Source of the DNA: Pyrolobus fumarii 1A
GTDB lineage: Archaea > Thermoproteota > Thermoprotei_A > Sulfolobales > Pyrodictiaceae
Assembly: GCF_000223395.1 (NCBI RefSeq)
Contig: NC_015931.1
Location: 1,380,001-1,412,000, forward strand
Direction: 5' to 3'
DNA: 32,000 nucleotides
Under the pieces are notes generated by a model, which worked only from the letters and a program-made list of their open reading frames with translations, had not been told where the DNA came from and made no database searches. Both the position numbers and the translations under genes were made by a program. Shown here piece by piece: positions 16,790 to 24,871 of this stretch (position 1 is its first letter; each line of letters starts with the position of its first letter).

Positions 16790-17279
16790 CTGCTATGCAG
16801 GCCGCACCACAAGAGCGGGTTAAACAACTAACTAGTAAGTAGCACATGACATGCCCCGAACAACTAGAGGCTGCAAGACGGAAAAGATGAGACGCGCTCT
16901 CCTTGTCATCGCTAGAGCCGAAACCAGGGATAGGGTCAAACACCGTTGAGAGTACACGCGCTATTCTCTTCTCCGCGTTACAACCAACACTATACACTAC
17001 ACATACAGGCCTTGCATACCCGCTTGCAAGCAACCTATCTATGTGCCAGTGCAGCCTCCGCCGCCTATCCATTAAATGCCTCTTTAGACGCGCTCTTAGC
17101 CCTCCGGGCCCCCAGCCACTCCCCACATAGACATAGAAGCCCGGCTCGAGAACAACTATGCGTTTACCCCGCTTGTCTATACGTATAGCTAGATGCACGC
17201 TTAGTTTCAAAAGTAGTAAATATGTGCCGCCAACCGAGGGTATAGAATTAACATGGTGAAAAGGCGGTCGGCAGAGCAA
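16758..17279 (-). CDS. DUF123 (GIY-YIG/Uri-superfamily-like) protein
   Basis: GGTYLLLL.., GFYVYVGSG, LRARLKRHL, LHWHIDRLL and GFGSSD..SHLF match the DUF123 pattern. TTG start. The tail overlaps the permease start by 32 nt. Confidence 0.7.
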   Translation of the reverse strand: MLCRPPFHHVNSIPSVGGTYLLLLKLSVHLAIRIDKRGKRIVVLEPGFYVYVGSGWGPGGLRARLKRHLMDRRRRLHWHIDRLLASGYARPVCVVYSVGCNAEKRIARVLSTVFDPIPGFGSSDDKESASHLFRLAASSCSGHVMCYLLVSCLTRSCGAACIAGGDVDGESCE

Positions 17280-17392
17280 CTCCTCGTCACACCTCAGCTG
17301 AAAACCGGGCTCCGCATCCCGCCGCGCAAGAGAGGACCATGCACCCTTTTTTATTCCCGGTTACAACAGCTTCCCTACTTTTTCGGGAAACG

Positions 17393-17399
17393 TAAAAAT
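17393..17399 (+). promoter_or_regulatory. TATA-like box for the wHTH gene at 17430
   Basis: TAAAAAT lies about 30 nt before the TTG (17430) or GTG (17439) start, inside the only strongly AT-rich stretch of this divergent spacer. Confidence 0.5.
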
Positions 17400-17429
17400 G
17401 TATCTTTTTGTTACACTACCACGCACTAA

Positions 17430-17861
17430 TTGGGGCCGGTGGAGTTGGCTGCAATAGAGATAGCTGCTCAACGAGTTAAATTACCCAGCGGCCGGGAGAT
17501 AACGCCATTAGAGGCGTTGAAATTCTGCTACAACTTGTCAGAGACCGACATAGAGATACTGATCGTGATGCTGCAAGGTGGTAAGTATGACGTCGAGACT
17601 CTTGCAAACAAACTAGGGCTTAGCAAGGCTACCATTAACCGTTCATTAAACAAGCTAGCGGCGATAGGGTTCGTTGAGCGTGAAAGAGAGACGAGGAAGA
17701 CTGCGGGTAGGCCACGCTACTTCTACTATATACGCGACCCTGCAAATCTGCTATCAAAGATACAGAACGACCTAGACTTCTGTGCAAAAGCGTTCGAAGA
17801 GGGTATAAAGAACATGCTACTATCATCTCTACGCAAGGCTGTAGCCAAGACTAACGAGTAG
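17430..17861 (+). CDS. winged-helix transcriptional regulator (TrmB/MarR-like)
   Basis: ETLANKLGLSKATINRSLNKLAAIGFVERE is an HTH plus wing. 33-nt convergent overlap with the radical SAM gene. Confidence 0.7.
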   Translation: MGPVELAAIEIAAQRVKLPSGREITPLEALKFCYNLSETDIEILIVMLQGGKYDVETLANKLGLSKATINRSLNKLAAIGFVERERETRKTAGRPRYFYYIRDPANLLSKIQNDLDFCAKAFEEGIKNMLLSSLRKAVAKTNE

Positions 17862-18662
17862 ACTACGAGGAACCGAGCAGCAAAACGGATACACCCTTTG
17901 AATCAGCTTTTTCAGTCTTAATGTCGGCACGGCTATCCGGTCAAATACCGACATAACAATCTCTTCATAGTTTTTGAGGAACAGAGGACGCATGCAACCG
18001 AGTGAAACCTCGTTAACATATCCTCTTACCGTTCTAACTGCCAGCAACAATCGGTTGACCACATCCCGAGGCCTATGCTTTGTCTCAAGGTGATATAGCA
18101 TCACTAGGATGTCCGGCTTTACTAGACGAGCCAACATACTCAGCATTTCACTCTCTTCACTTACGCTTACACCAGGCAAGCCTAACAGAACATGAGGTGC
18201 TACATGGAAGCCCATGTCTTTCAACATAGCAGCATTGTATATGTAATCTATGGGCTTACGGTGCCATACATGCATCATGCTAAGATGCGTGTTGGTCAAG
18301 GGCACCTCATAGTCGATTACGTCTACTATGTCAAGCAACATCTTTGCTTGCTTTTCACTAATGAATCCTGTATGCATCGAGATTACAACTCTTGTTTTCA
18401 TTTTGAAGCGCTTTAACACTCCGATAAATGGCTCAAATGGCAGCCTTGCCTCACGGGTAAATCCTCCACTGATTAATATCCCGGTTACACCCTTGGAGAC
18501 AATCTTGTCCAGGAGTCTCTCTAGCATTGCAGGTGTGGGAGCGGGTATCATACCACGGAGCCATCTTCCACGACAGTAATCGCATTGAAGGCTGCAACTA
18601 TGCCCGGTTATGCTAATCGCTAGATACTTGTCACCAGGTTCGAATAGTTTGACTCTCCACAT
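17829..18662 (-). CDS. radical SAM protein, BioB/LipA-like
   Basis: GHSCSLQCDYCRG (nt 18573-18596) and ILISGG. Extra Cys in GCMRP and FCCS near the C terminus. Confidence 0.8.
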   Translation of the reverse strand: MWRVKLFEPGDKYLAISITGHSCSLQCDYCRGRWLRGMIPAPTPAMLERLLDKIVSKGVTGILISGGFTREARLPFEPFIGVLKRFKMKTRVVISMHTGFISEKQAKMLLDIVDVIDYEVPLTNTHLSMMHVWHRKPIDYIYNAAMLKDMGFHVAPHVLLGLPGVSVSEESEMLSMLARLVKPDILVMLYHLETKHRPRDVVNRLLLAVRTVRGYVNEVSLGCMRPLFLKNYEEIVMSVFDRIAVPTLRLKKLIQRVYPFCCSVPRSLLVSLGYSLA

Positions 18663-19579
18663 GCTCTTAGCGCCTCTAGAGCCTCATACACCTCTCGCTT
18701 GTCTGGCTCCCAGGGTATATTGTAGAGTGTGCCTCTTGGGCGCTCGTTGTAGTATGGGCGGTTACAAGCGGGGCACCCGCTGGTCACTATTGCACGCTCA
18801 ACAATCTCTAACGGCGGGGTTCTCTTCAACACCCAACCTTGTGGATTGAAAGGTGATGGTGTTATGTAGGAGTCAGGGTTTACACCCTCATCGAGCAATT
18901 GACGGTATAGTTGGGCGCCCCGATAGTAACATAGGCTTGGTGGCTTACCCCCCAGCTTAGCGCTAGGAGTGTATGCGAACAGAGCTATTCTGCCGCCAAG
19001 CCTCTTGACGTGTCTCATTGTAGCCGCTAGCTCACTGGCCTTCTCTCCAACACCGACTATGAGATGCACGTATACTCGCCTATCTCCAAACACTTCCACC
19101 GCATCTCGCAAAGTACGCATGTACAGGCTATAGGGATATGGTTTGCCTAGCTTCATAGCAAGCCTTGGCGTCGCTGCATCTAGCCCGATTCCCAGTGTCT
19201 CTACGCCTTCGTCTCTAAGCTCCTCTAGGAGCGGTTTACCCGCAACTGCTATCGAGACTGAAATACGGGGATTAACTCTTGCTATAATACGCACTAGCTG
19301 TACTAGTTTCCGTCCCATATTAGGTCCGATGACCGTCTGTATACATACGCGTTCAAATTCACTAAGAGCAGAGACGATCTCGCGCAAATCAACCTTGTAC
19401 CATGTTACTCTAGACAGCTTTACCCTCTCACCTGCAACGGGGGCACCACTCAACTCGCAATAAGCGCATGTAGCTACACACTTTCCGTCCATAAGTAGGT
19501 AGGCTACGCGTCTCATCCAGCGAGGGAGCTTCTCGCCACGCAGTACGAATAGAGTCGCCAACGAGACGTAGACATGCAC
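18620..19579 (-). CDS. radical SAM protein, BioB/LipA-like
   Basis: DGKCVATCAYCEL (nt 19457-19480) and a C-terminal GCPACNRPYYNE. Start is GTG at 19579, or alternatively ATG at 19516. Overlaps the next gene by 43 nt. Confidence 0.8.
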   Translation of the reverse strand: MHVYVSLATLFVLRGEKLPRWMRRVAYLLMDGKCVATCAYCELSGAPVAGERVKLSRVTWYKVDLREIVSALSEFERVCIQTVIGPNMGRKLVQLVRIIARVNPRISVSIAVAGKPLLEELRDEGVETLGIGLDAATPRLAMKLGKPYPYSLYMRTLRDAVEVFGDRRVYVHLIVGVGEKASELAATMRHVKRLGGRIALFAYTPSAKLGGKPPSLCYYRGAQLYRQLLDEGVNPDSYITPSPFNPQGWVLKRTPPLEIVERAIVTSGCPACNRPYYNERPRGTLYNIPWEPDKREVYEALEALRACGESNYSNLVTSI

Positions 19580-19618
19580 GGAAGCACCAGCCGGTAACCT
19601 TCAAAAAGGCGAATGGCG

Positions 19619-20023
19619 TTAAAACATATCGTTCTCGATGCCCTCTTCTGTAACATACTCTGCTATCTTCTCTGCCAGGACATCCTCTAATCTGCGAGCG
19701 TTTGGAGTCGTGTTACACTCGCAGAGGCAAAGATTACCGTCTTTGACTGCACGCGCCACTACCATGTAGTACACTATAGCCTCTCGTATGAACTGGGAGC
19801 GTGAGGTGTACCCCAATTCTTGCCACACGCGGTCGAGTTCCTCAACAAGACTAGACTCCATCTTAACCGACACTACCTTCTTTCTACCACCTGCTGGCAA
19901 TTCAAAGACGGTCGGCATGGAGCGAGGATGCATTATCATTCCAGCGTCACTGCTTGTGACATCATGTGTGAAGCTCTCAGCGTCTCTTTTACGGAAAGCC
20001 TCTCCAGCATTGTATGCAGCCAA
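19619..20023 (-). CDS. ribbon-helix-helix (CopG-family) DNA-binding protein
   Basis: KKVVSVKMESSLVEELDRVWQELGYTSRSQFIREAIVYYM is an RHH. The true start is more likely ATG at 19939, 19933 or 19918 than TTG at 20023. Confidence 0.7.
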   Translation of the reverse strand: MAAYNAGEAFRKRDAESFTHDVTSSDAGMIMHPRSMPTVFELPAGGRKKVVSVKMESSLVEELDRVWQELGYTSRSQFIREAIVYYMVVARAVKDGNLCLCECNTTPNARRLEDVLAEKIAEYVTEEGIENDMF

Positions 20024-20024
20024 G

Positions 20025-20098
20025 GCTCTAACACCGCGCCTACCGGTAACACCTACATACCTTGCTACACGCGCTTGAAGGCTACACCCTTGGCTCTA
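20025..20098. repeat. array of short direct repeats in a divergent promoter region
   Basis: TAACACC occurs at 20029 and 20047, GCTACAC at 20064 and 20081, and GGCTCTA at 20025 and 20092. The core (T/C)TA(A)CAC recurs 4 times, 17-19 nt apart. Confidence 0.6.
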
Positions 20099-20226
20099 CT
20101 TGCCAATCATAATACCAACGCAAGATAGTGTTGCATCAGCTCATTAAAAGCCGTGTGTGGTAGTACCGGCTTACCATTAAATCGGCTTGTAGCTTCGAAT
20201 AGTAACCCGCCGGAGCGTGTAGCTTT

Positions 20227-20826
20227 ATGGAGCAAAGGCTCCCTGAACCGGTAAAACTACACGAGGAGAAGACGAAATGTCCCGCATGCAACAAGGAGAC
20301 ACTTGAAGTACAAGTGTATCTGTACCAAGTACCGATAATCGGACCCGTAACGATGGCTGTAGGCAGATGCTCCAACTGTGGCTTCACGTTCCGCGACGTG
20401 AGAGTAGCCGAGCAGAAGTCTCCACAAATACTAAGACTCAAAGTGACAAAACCGGAGCATCTCAATGTGCTAGTTGTGAGAGCACCTTCAGCAACTGTCA
20501 AGATACGTGGCTTATCCGAAGAGGGCGATCTCGAGATGAAGCCCGGCCCTGTTGCCGACGGATTCATCACCACGGTAGAGGGCGTACTCCACCGTTTCAA
20601 GGAAATTGTTGACTTTCTATGCGAGGATCCCGAAGTGAATCGCGAAAAGTGCCTCCAAGTCAAAAGAGCGTTAGAAGATGCTATTGACGGCAAGAGGAGG
20701 TTCGAGCTTATAATTGAGGATCCAGAGGGCGTCAGCGCAATAGCGTCACACGAGACTATAGTAGAGCCCATGAACATAAAAAACAATACACAGACCGAGA
20801 AAGAGATGCGTGAAGATGAGAACTAG
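20227..20826 (+). CDS. ZPR1-type zinc-finger protein (single module, archaeal form)
   Basis: CPACN..(x25)..CSNCGF is a C4 ribbon, followed by the ZPR1 beta domain. Confidence 0.75.
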   Translation: MEQRLPEPVKLHEEKTKCPACNKETLEVQVYLYQVPIIGPVTMAVGRCSNCGFTFRDVRVAEQKSPQILRLKVTKPEHLNVLVVRAPSATVKIRGLSEEGDLEMKPGPVADGFITTVEGVLHRFKEIVDFLCEDPEVNREKCLQVKRALEDAIDGKRRFELIIEDPEGVSAIASHETIVEPMNIKNNTQTEKEMREDEN

Positions 20827-20833
20827 TTTTGTT
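20827..20833 (+). terminator. T-rich tract immediately after the ZPR1 stop
   Basis: TTTTGTT directly follows the TAG. Archaeal terminators are oligo-T. Confidence 0.4.
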
Positions 20834-20851
20834 CGGCTTGATCACCCGAGC

Positions 20852-21385
20852 TTACTCAACCTTTACCTCGTGACCTTCTTCAATCTCTTCTACCACTTTC
20901 TTTGGCTTCTCCTTCTCGATAACAACCTCTAGCACGCCGTTCTTGTAGCGTGCTTTTGCGGTTTCAGGCTTAACTTTGGCGGGTAACTCGACCTCCTTGT
21001 AGTACTTCTGCCCGTTGCTGGCTCTTATGATGAGTTTGTTGTCCTTAATACGCACCTTTATCTTATCCTTGTCAACGCCAGGCAGCTCTGCGATCACTGT
21101 TATCTTATCCTCATCTTCAAAGACGTCTACAAGAGGCTCCCTCTCCTCTAGTATCTCGGTGCGCCCATACCTTCTCTTGATGTTGCCAAACTCCTCGATT
21201 ATCGGCTTCCCGTCCGGCCCTATCACTATCCTAAAGCCGTAGATATAGGGGCCGCGTACCTCCGCACGACCACTACGCACCAGCTCCATTAGCTCCCTCT
21301 CGAGGGCAGCTATCTCCTCCTCAATGCTACGGAACACCTCGTCAAACCACTCAAATATGCTACGGTATCTCCTACCCCAAGCCAT
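20852..21385 (-). CDS. hsp20: small heat-shock protein (alpha-crystallin/Hsp20)
   Basis: VDVFEDEDKITVIAELPGVDKDKIKV...AKARYKNGVLEVVIEK. Confidence 0.9.
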   Translation of the reverse strand: MAWGRRYRSIFEWFDEVFRSIEEEIAALERELMELVRSGRAEVRGPYIYGFRIVIGPDGKPIIEEFGNIKRRYGRTEILEEREPLVDVFEDEDKITVIAELPGVDKDKIKVRIKDNKLIIRASNGQKYYKEVELPAKVKPETAKARYKNGVLEVVIEKEKPKKVVEEIEEGHEVKVE

Positions 21386-21524
21386 GCTTCTCTCCTTACT
21401 CTGTAGCCACGGTATGGGCTAATATTCAATTGGCTAGACACGATTGCGAGATAGACTAGGAGGCTACAAGACAGCGCCAGGGCTAATACTCTATAGCGCT
21501 ATACATAACCGGTGGTAGACGCTC

Positions 21525-22883
21525 TTGACGCGAGAGTGTCGCTTTGAAGTTCTTATCGCTGGCGGTGGGCCCGCTGGCACAGTAGCCGCATACCATCTGG
21601 CAAGGATGGGATTCAATGTTGCACTTTTCGAGATACGTGGCTGGGATAACGTATGGGGTAAGCCCTGTGGAGACGCTATAGGCGCTCATCACTTCCCTAA
21701 TGCGGGGCTCCCAGAGCCACCCTCTGAAGTCATACACAACAAGATTGATGGCGTCTTGATATATAGCCCGTCACTCGAAACCGTTTACCGTGTTCGAGGC
21801 GAGGGCTACATAATCGATAGGAGAGGCCTAGGCAGATGGTTGCTACGCGAGGCTGAGAGGAGAGGCGCGCAAATCTTCCTAGAGTCTAGCGTGGAGGCAC
21901 CAATAGTCGAGAATGGTAGGGTTGCGGGCTTAAGAGTGAGGCTGAAGAGCGGGGAGCACCTGGAGTGCAGAGGCAACATCGTCATAGAGGCTACTGGTTA
22001 TTCAATGGTCGTTAAGAGAGGGTTGCCCCGCGATTGGCCGGTTGCAGAGAGACTTGACATGAAGGACACCAACATAGCCTACCGTGAGGTTCAGGAGCTT
22101 AGTGATGAAGTTGAAGAGCCGAACTACATTCGAATATACATCAATCAAGAGATTGCACCAGGCGGTTACTGGTGGCTCTTCCCCGAGGGCAAAAACGTGA
22201 TCAACATAGGACTTGGCGTGCAAGGAGGCGTTGGCAATCCACATCCACGTCAACAATTTACTCAACTCTATGAGCGAGGTCTTGCGCCACCCCCACGCCG
22301 TGTAATTGAAGCTGGAGGCGCCGTGGTGCCTACGAGGAGACCAGCAGATACACTTGTAGGCCCAGGTTTGCTCGTCATAGGCGATGCCGGGTTTACAGTA
22401 AATCCGGTGCATGGGGGAGGCATAGGTTATGCATTCTACGCTGCCAGGCTGGCTGCCGAGGCCTACAAGGAGGCTCATGATAAAGGCTGCTTCAGTGAAG
22501 AGTGTCTATGGAGTCTCAACACACGCTACATGAAGAGCCTCGGCGCGAAACAAGCCGCACTAGACATCTTCCGCCTCTTCCTACAAAGGCTTAGCAACGA
22601 CGACATAGAGTATGGCATGTCACAACGTATTATGCCCGAGTCCGACGTCTACTTTACAAGCACGACTGGCGAGCTCCGGCTGAGCGTCGTAGAAAAAGCC
22701 ATGATAATACTACGTGGATTGAGAAGACCGTCTCTACTACTCAAACTCAAGCTCGTAGCCGAGTATATGGAGAAGGTTAGGAAGCTCTACCATGCTTACC
22801 CAGAGGATCCGAGAAAACTGGCACAATGGAGAGAGCAAGTAAAGAGCTTGTTTAACGAGTTCCTCGTAAAGATCTCCAGGTAA
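21525..22883 (+). CDS. FAD-dependent geranylgeranyl reductase family protein
   Basis: VLIAGGGPAGTVAAYHLARMG is the dinucleotide fold. Also has GDAGFTVNPVHGGGI. 452 aa, TTG start. Confidence 0.8.
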   Translation: MTRECRFEVLIAGGGPAGTVAAYHLARMGFNVALFEIRGWDNVWGKPCGDAIGAHHFPNAGLPEPPSEVIHNKIDGVLIYSPSLETVYRVRGEGYIIDRRGLGRWLLREAERRGAQIFLESSVEAPIVENGRVAGLRVRLKSGEHLECRGNIVIEATGYSMVVKRGLPRDWPVAERLDMKDTNIAYREVQELSDEVEEPNYIRIYINQEIAPGGYWWLFPEGKNVINIGLGVQGGVGNPHPRQQFTQLYERGLAPPPRRVIEAGGAVVPTRRPADTLVGPGLLVIGDAGFTVNPVHGGGIGYAFYAARLAAEAYKEAHDKGCFSEECLWSLNTRYMKSLGAKQAALDIFRLFLQRLSNDDIEYGMSQRIMPESDVYFTSTTGELRLSVVEKAMIILRGLRRPSLLLKLKLVAEYMEKVRKLYHAYPEDPRKLAQWREQVKSLFNEFLVKISR

Positions 22884-22895
22884 GGTGATGACTAT

Positions 22896-23696
22896 ATGAG
22901 GGTTAAGCACGAGGCACCTCTCATAAACCCAGATGATAAGCTCGCTGATGTACTCGAGAATATCATAGGTTCTCGTTGCCGCTGCGGGATAGTAGTGAGT
23001 GAGGACAGGATAGAAGGTGTCATCAACCTAATGTCCATTGTCAGAAAGATTGCACTCGAGTGGATTAAGGGTAGGGAACCACATGAGACCATAGAGAGGC
23101 TGTATGTACGAGATGTGCGCTATCAGCCACACATAGTATTCGAGGAGCATGTGGAGCCCGTAAGCGCTCTCATGGATATGCTGACTCACGGATTAGATTT
23201 CGTAGTTAAGATGGACAGTGACAAGTATACGGTTTACACGGTTCTAGATGCGCTTAACGATCTCGTAGAGCTATTGAGGGGCGACCATGTTGGGAGCGTC
23301 GTATCGAGCCAGAGTTGGTGGGTGGCTTATCCAGATATCAGTGTAAGAGACGCATTTCTCCAAACAAGTATGCTCCCAACATGGCGATTGATCGTTATCG
23401 AGAGCGACGGTAGCATACGTGGCATCTTCTCTGCAACAGACTTTCTAAGAGCTATACTCAGGGGTGAAAGACCATATACTGAGCCTATATCATCCTTCAT
23501 CTCTACGACAACGCCAAAAAGCGTTGACTATGACGAGGCTTTGGTAACAGCAGTGAAGATAATGTCACTTCACAACATATACATCATGCCTGTTGCTAGG
23601 GGGGAGAAGGGATTTGCGGGTGTGGTTTTGGCACACGATATCGGCAGATTAGCGGCTATACGTTCGCTACAAAGCTCTTCTAGGGAGCTAAGGTGA
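22896..23696 (+). CDS. protein with four CBS domains (two Bateman modules)
   Basis: Four repeats of the CBS pattern, e.g. GIVVSEDRIEGVINLMSIV and IYIMPVARGEKGFAGVVLAHDI. Confidence 0.65.
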   Translation: MRVKHEAPLINPDDKLADVLENIIGSRCRCGIVVSEDRIEGVINLMSIVRKIALEWIKGREPHETIERLYVRDVRYQPHIVFEEHVEPVSALMDMLTHGLDFVVKMDSDKYTVYTVLDALNDLVELLRGDHVGSVVSSQSWWVAYPDISVRDAFLQTSMLPTWRLIVIESDGSIRGIFSATDFLRAILRGERPYTEPISSFISTTTPKSVDYDEALVTAVKIMSLHNIYIMPVARGEKGFAGVVLAHDIGRLAAIRSLQSSSRELR

Positions 23697-23702
23697 CACG
23701 AT

Positions 23703-23969
23703 ATGGCTCTTCAGTGGGAGCCCCAGTGGGAGGAGCTAGTTATTGAAAAGTGGGGTGTCAAGCTAAAAGTCAAGAAGGACAAAGTGACGGGTATGTATGC
23801 ATGCCCCATTTGCGGCATAAGCGACTCAGCAATATACTTCTTCAGTATAGAGGACTTGCTGAGACATATGCTCACGCACGCTAGACGCGAACGTATAGAG
23901 ACTATCCGTGTAAGCATCGAGGAGGGTGAAGAAGGCGCTAAGCTCGAGGAGATAGGGGAGGAGAGTTGA
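23703..23969 (+). CDS. small C2H2-like zinc-finger protein (88 aa) with an acidic tail
   Basis: C34-x2-C37-x17-H55-x3-H59 (YACPICG...LLRHMLTH). The stop overlaps the start of the next gene. Confidence 0.6.
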   Translation: MALQWEPQWEELVIEKWGVKLKVKKDKVTGMYACPICGISDSAIYFFSIEDLLRHMLTHARRERIETIRVSIEEGEEGAKLEEIGEES

Positions 23970-24859
23970 GCGCAGATAGGCTACACGTGTATGCTAACCC
24001 GACACTTGACGTCAAAGGGAGTCGCATCGAGGCTGGAGGGCCAGCCATCTACGCGGCAATCGCCGGACGTATACTTGGCTTCACTGTCTACGTGTATGGT
24101 GGCGTCGGCAGAGACGGGCACAGGGTAATCGCAGAGTACGTTCGTAGAGGTGTGAGGTTCGGTAAGCTCATCTTTAGCCTTGATGATGAGACAACACGCT
24201 TCCATATAGAGTACCGCGGTGATAAACGAGAAATGATAGTAGAAAGCCTTGGACCGCTAGTCCGTAGCACACCGATCAGAGAGCCGAGGATAGTCTCTCC
24301 CGTTCTACGTGAATATCCTAAGCCTCTGCTTGATCAATTACTGAGCGATGCATTTGTCGATATACAGGGCTTGGTTAGAGAGCGACGCGTCGGCCCATTG
24401 AGGCTCGTCAAAGGCGCATGTCAAGAGTTTAACCTCTCTAAGGCTAAGGCACTCCACGGCGACATTGACGAGATGATAGTATGTTTTAATGATAGTCTAG
24501 AGGCTGTGCTGGAGAAACTCTCTGAGTTGACCGGGGAGGGCGTGGAGATACTGCTATCCATGGGATACCGAGGGTTGCTTCTAGGCTACGATGGCGTCTG
24601 GTGGCATGTTAGGGCCTGGGGCCCACGCGCAACCGACCCGACTGGAATGGGCGATGTGCTAACATCTTCGTACGCCTATGCCAGATACATTCTTGGCCTA
24701 GAGCCTATCGAGGCTGCAAAGTTGGCGGTTGTTACCTGTGGGCTACACGCTAGGCGTACATACGAGGGTGTAGGCCTCGAGGATGTGAGGAAGTTTGCCA
24801 AGGAGGTTATAGCGAGCCGGGTTACACGCGAGGAGCTGTATAAGCATGCAAGTGTGTAA
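23966..24859 (+). CDS. PfkB-family carbohydrate/nucleoside kinase
   Basis: DPTGMGDVLTSSYA is the PfkB signature 2. Ribokinase-like length. TTG start overlapping the upstream TGA. Confidence 0.7.
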   Translation: MSADRLHVYANPTLDVKGSRIEAGGPAIYAAIAGRILGFTVYVYGGVGRDGHRVIAEYVRRGVRFGKLIFSLDDETTRFHIEYRGDKREMIVESLGPLVRSTPIREPRIVSPVLREYPKPLLDQLLSDAFVDIQGLVRERRVGPLRLVKGACQEFNLSKAKALHGDIDEMIVCFNDSLEAVLEKLSELTGEGVEILLSMGYRGLLLGYDGVWWHVRAWGPRATDPTGMGDVLTSSYAYARYILGLEPIEAAKLAVVTCGLHARRTYEGVGLEDVRKFAKEVIASRVTREELYKHASV

Positions 24860-24871
24860 GCTTACCGAGTG

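Noticed and set aside
19619-20023. NikR (nickel-responsive regulator) call for the RHH protein
   Set aside because: The RHH and the overall length are NikR-like. Only about 47 aa follow the RHH, which is too short for the NikR metal-binding domain, and the His/Cys ligand pattern is absent.
20136-20786. 216-aa ORF antisense to the ZPR1 gene
   Set aside because: It is S/T-rich and low-complexity, as expected for the reverse complement of a GAx/AAG-rich gene. The plus-strand ORF has a clear ZPR1 C4 zinc ribbon.
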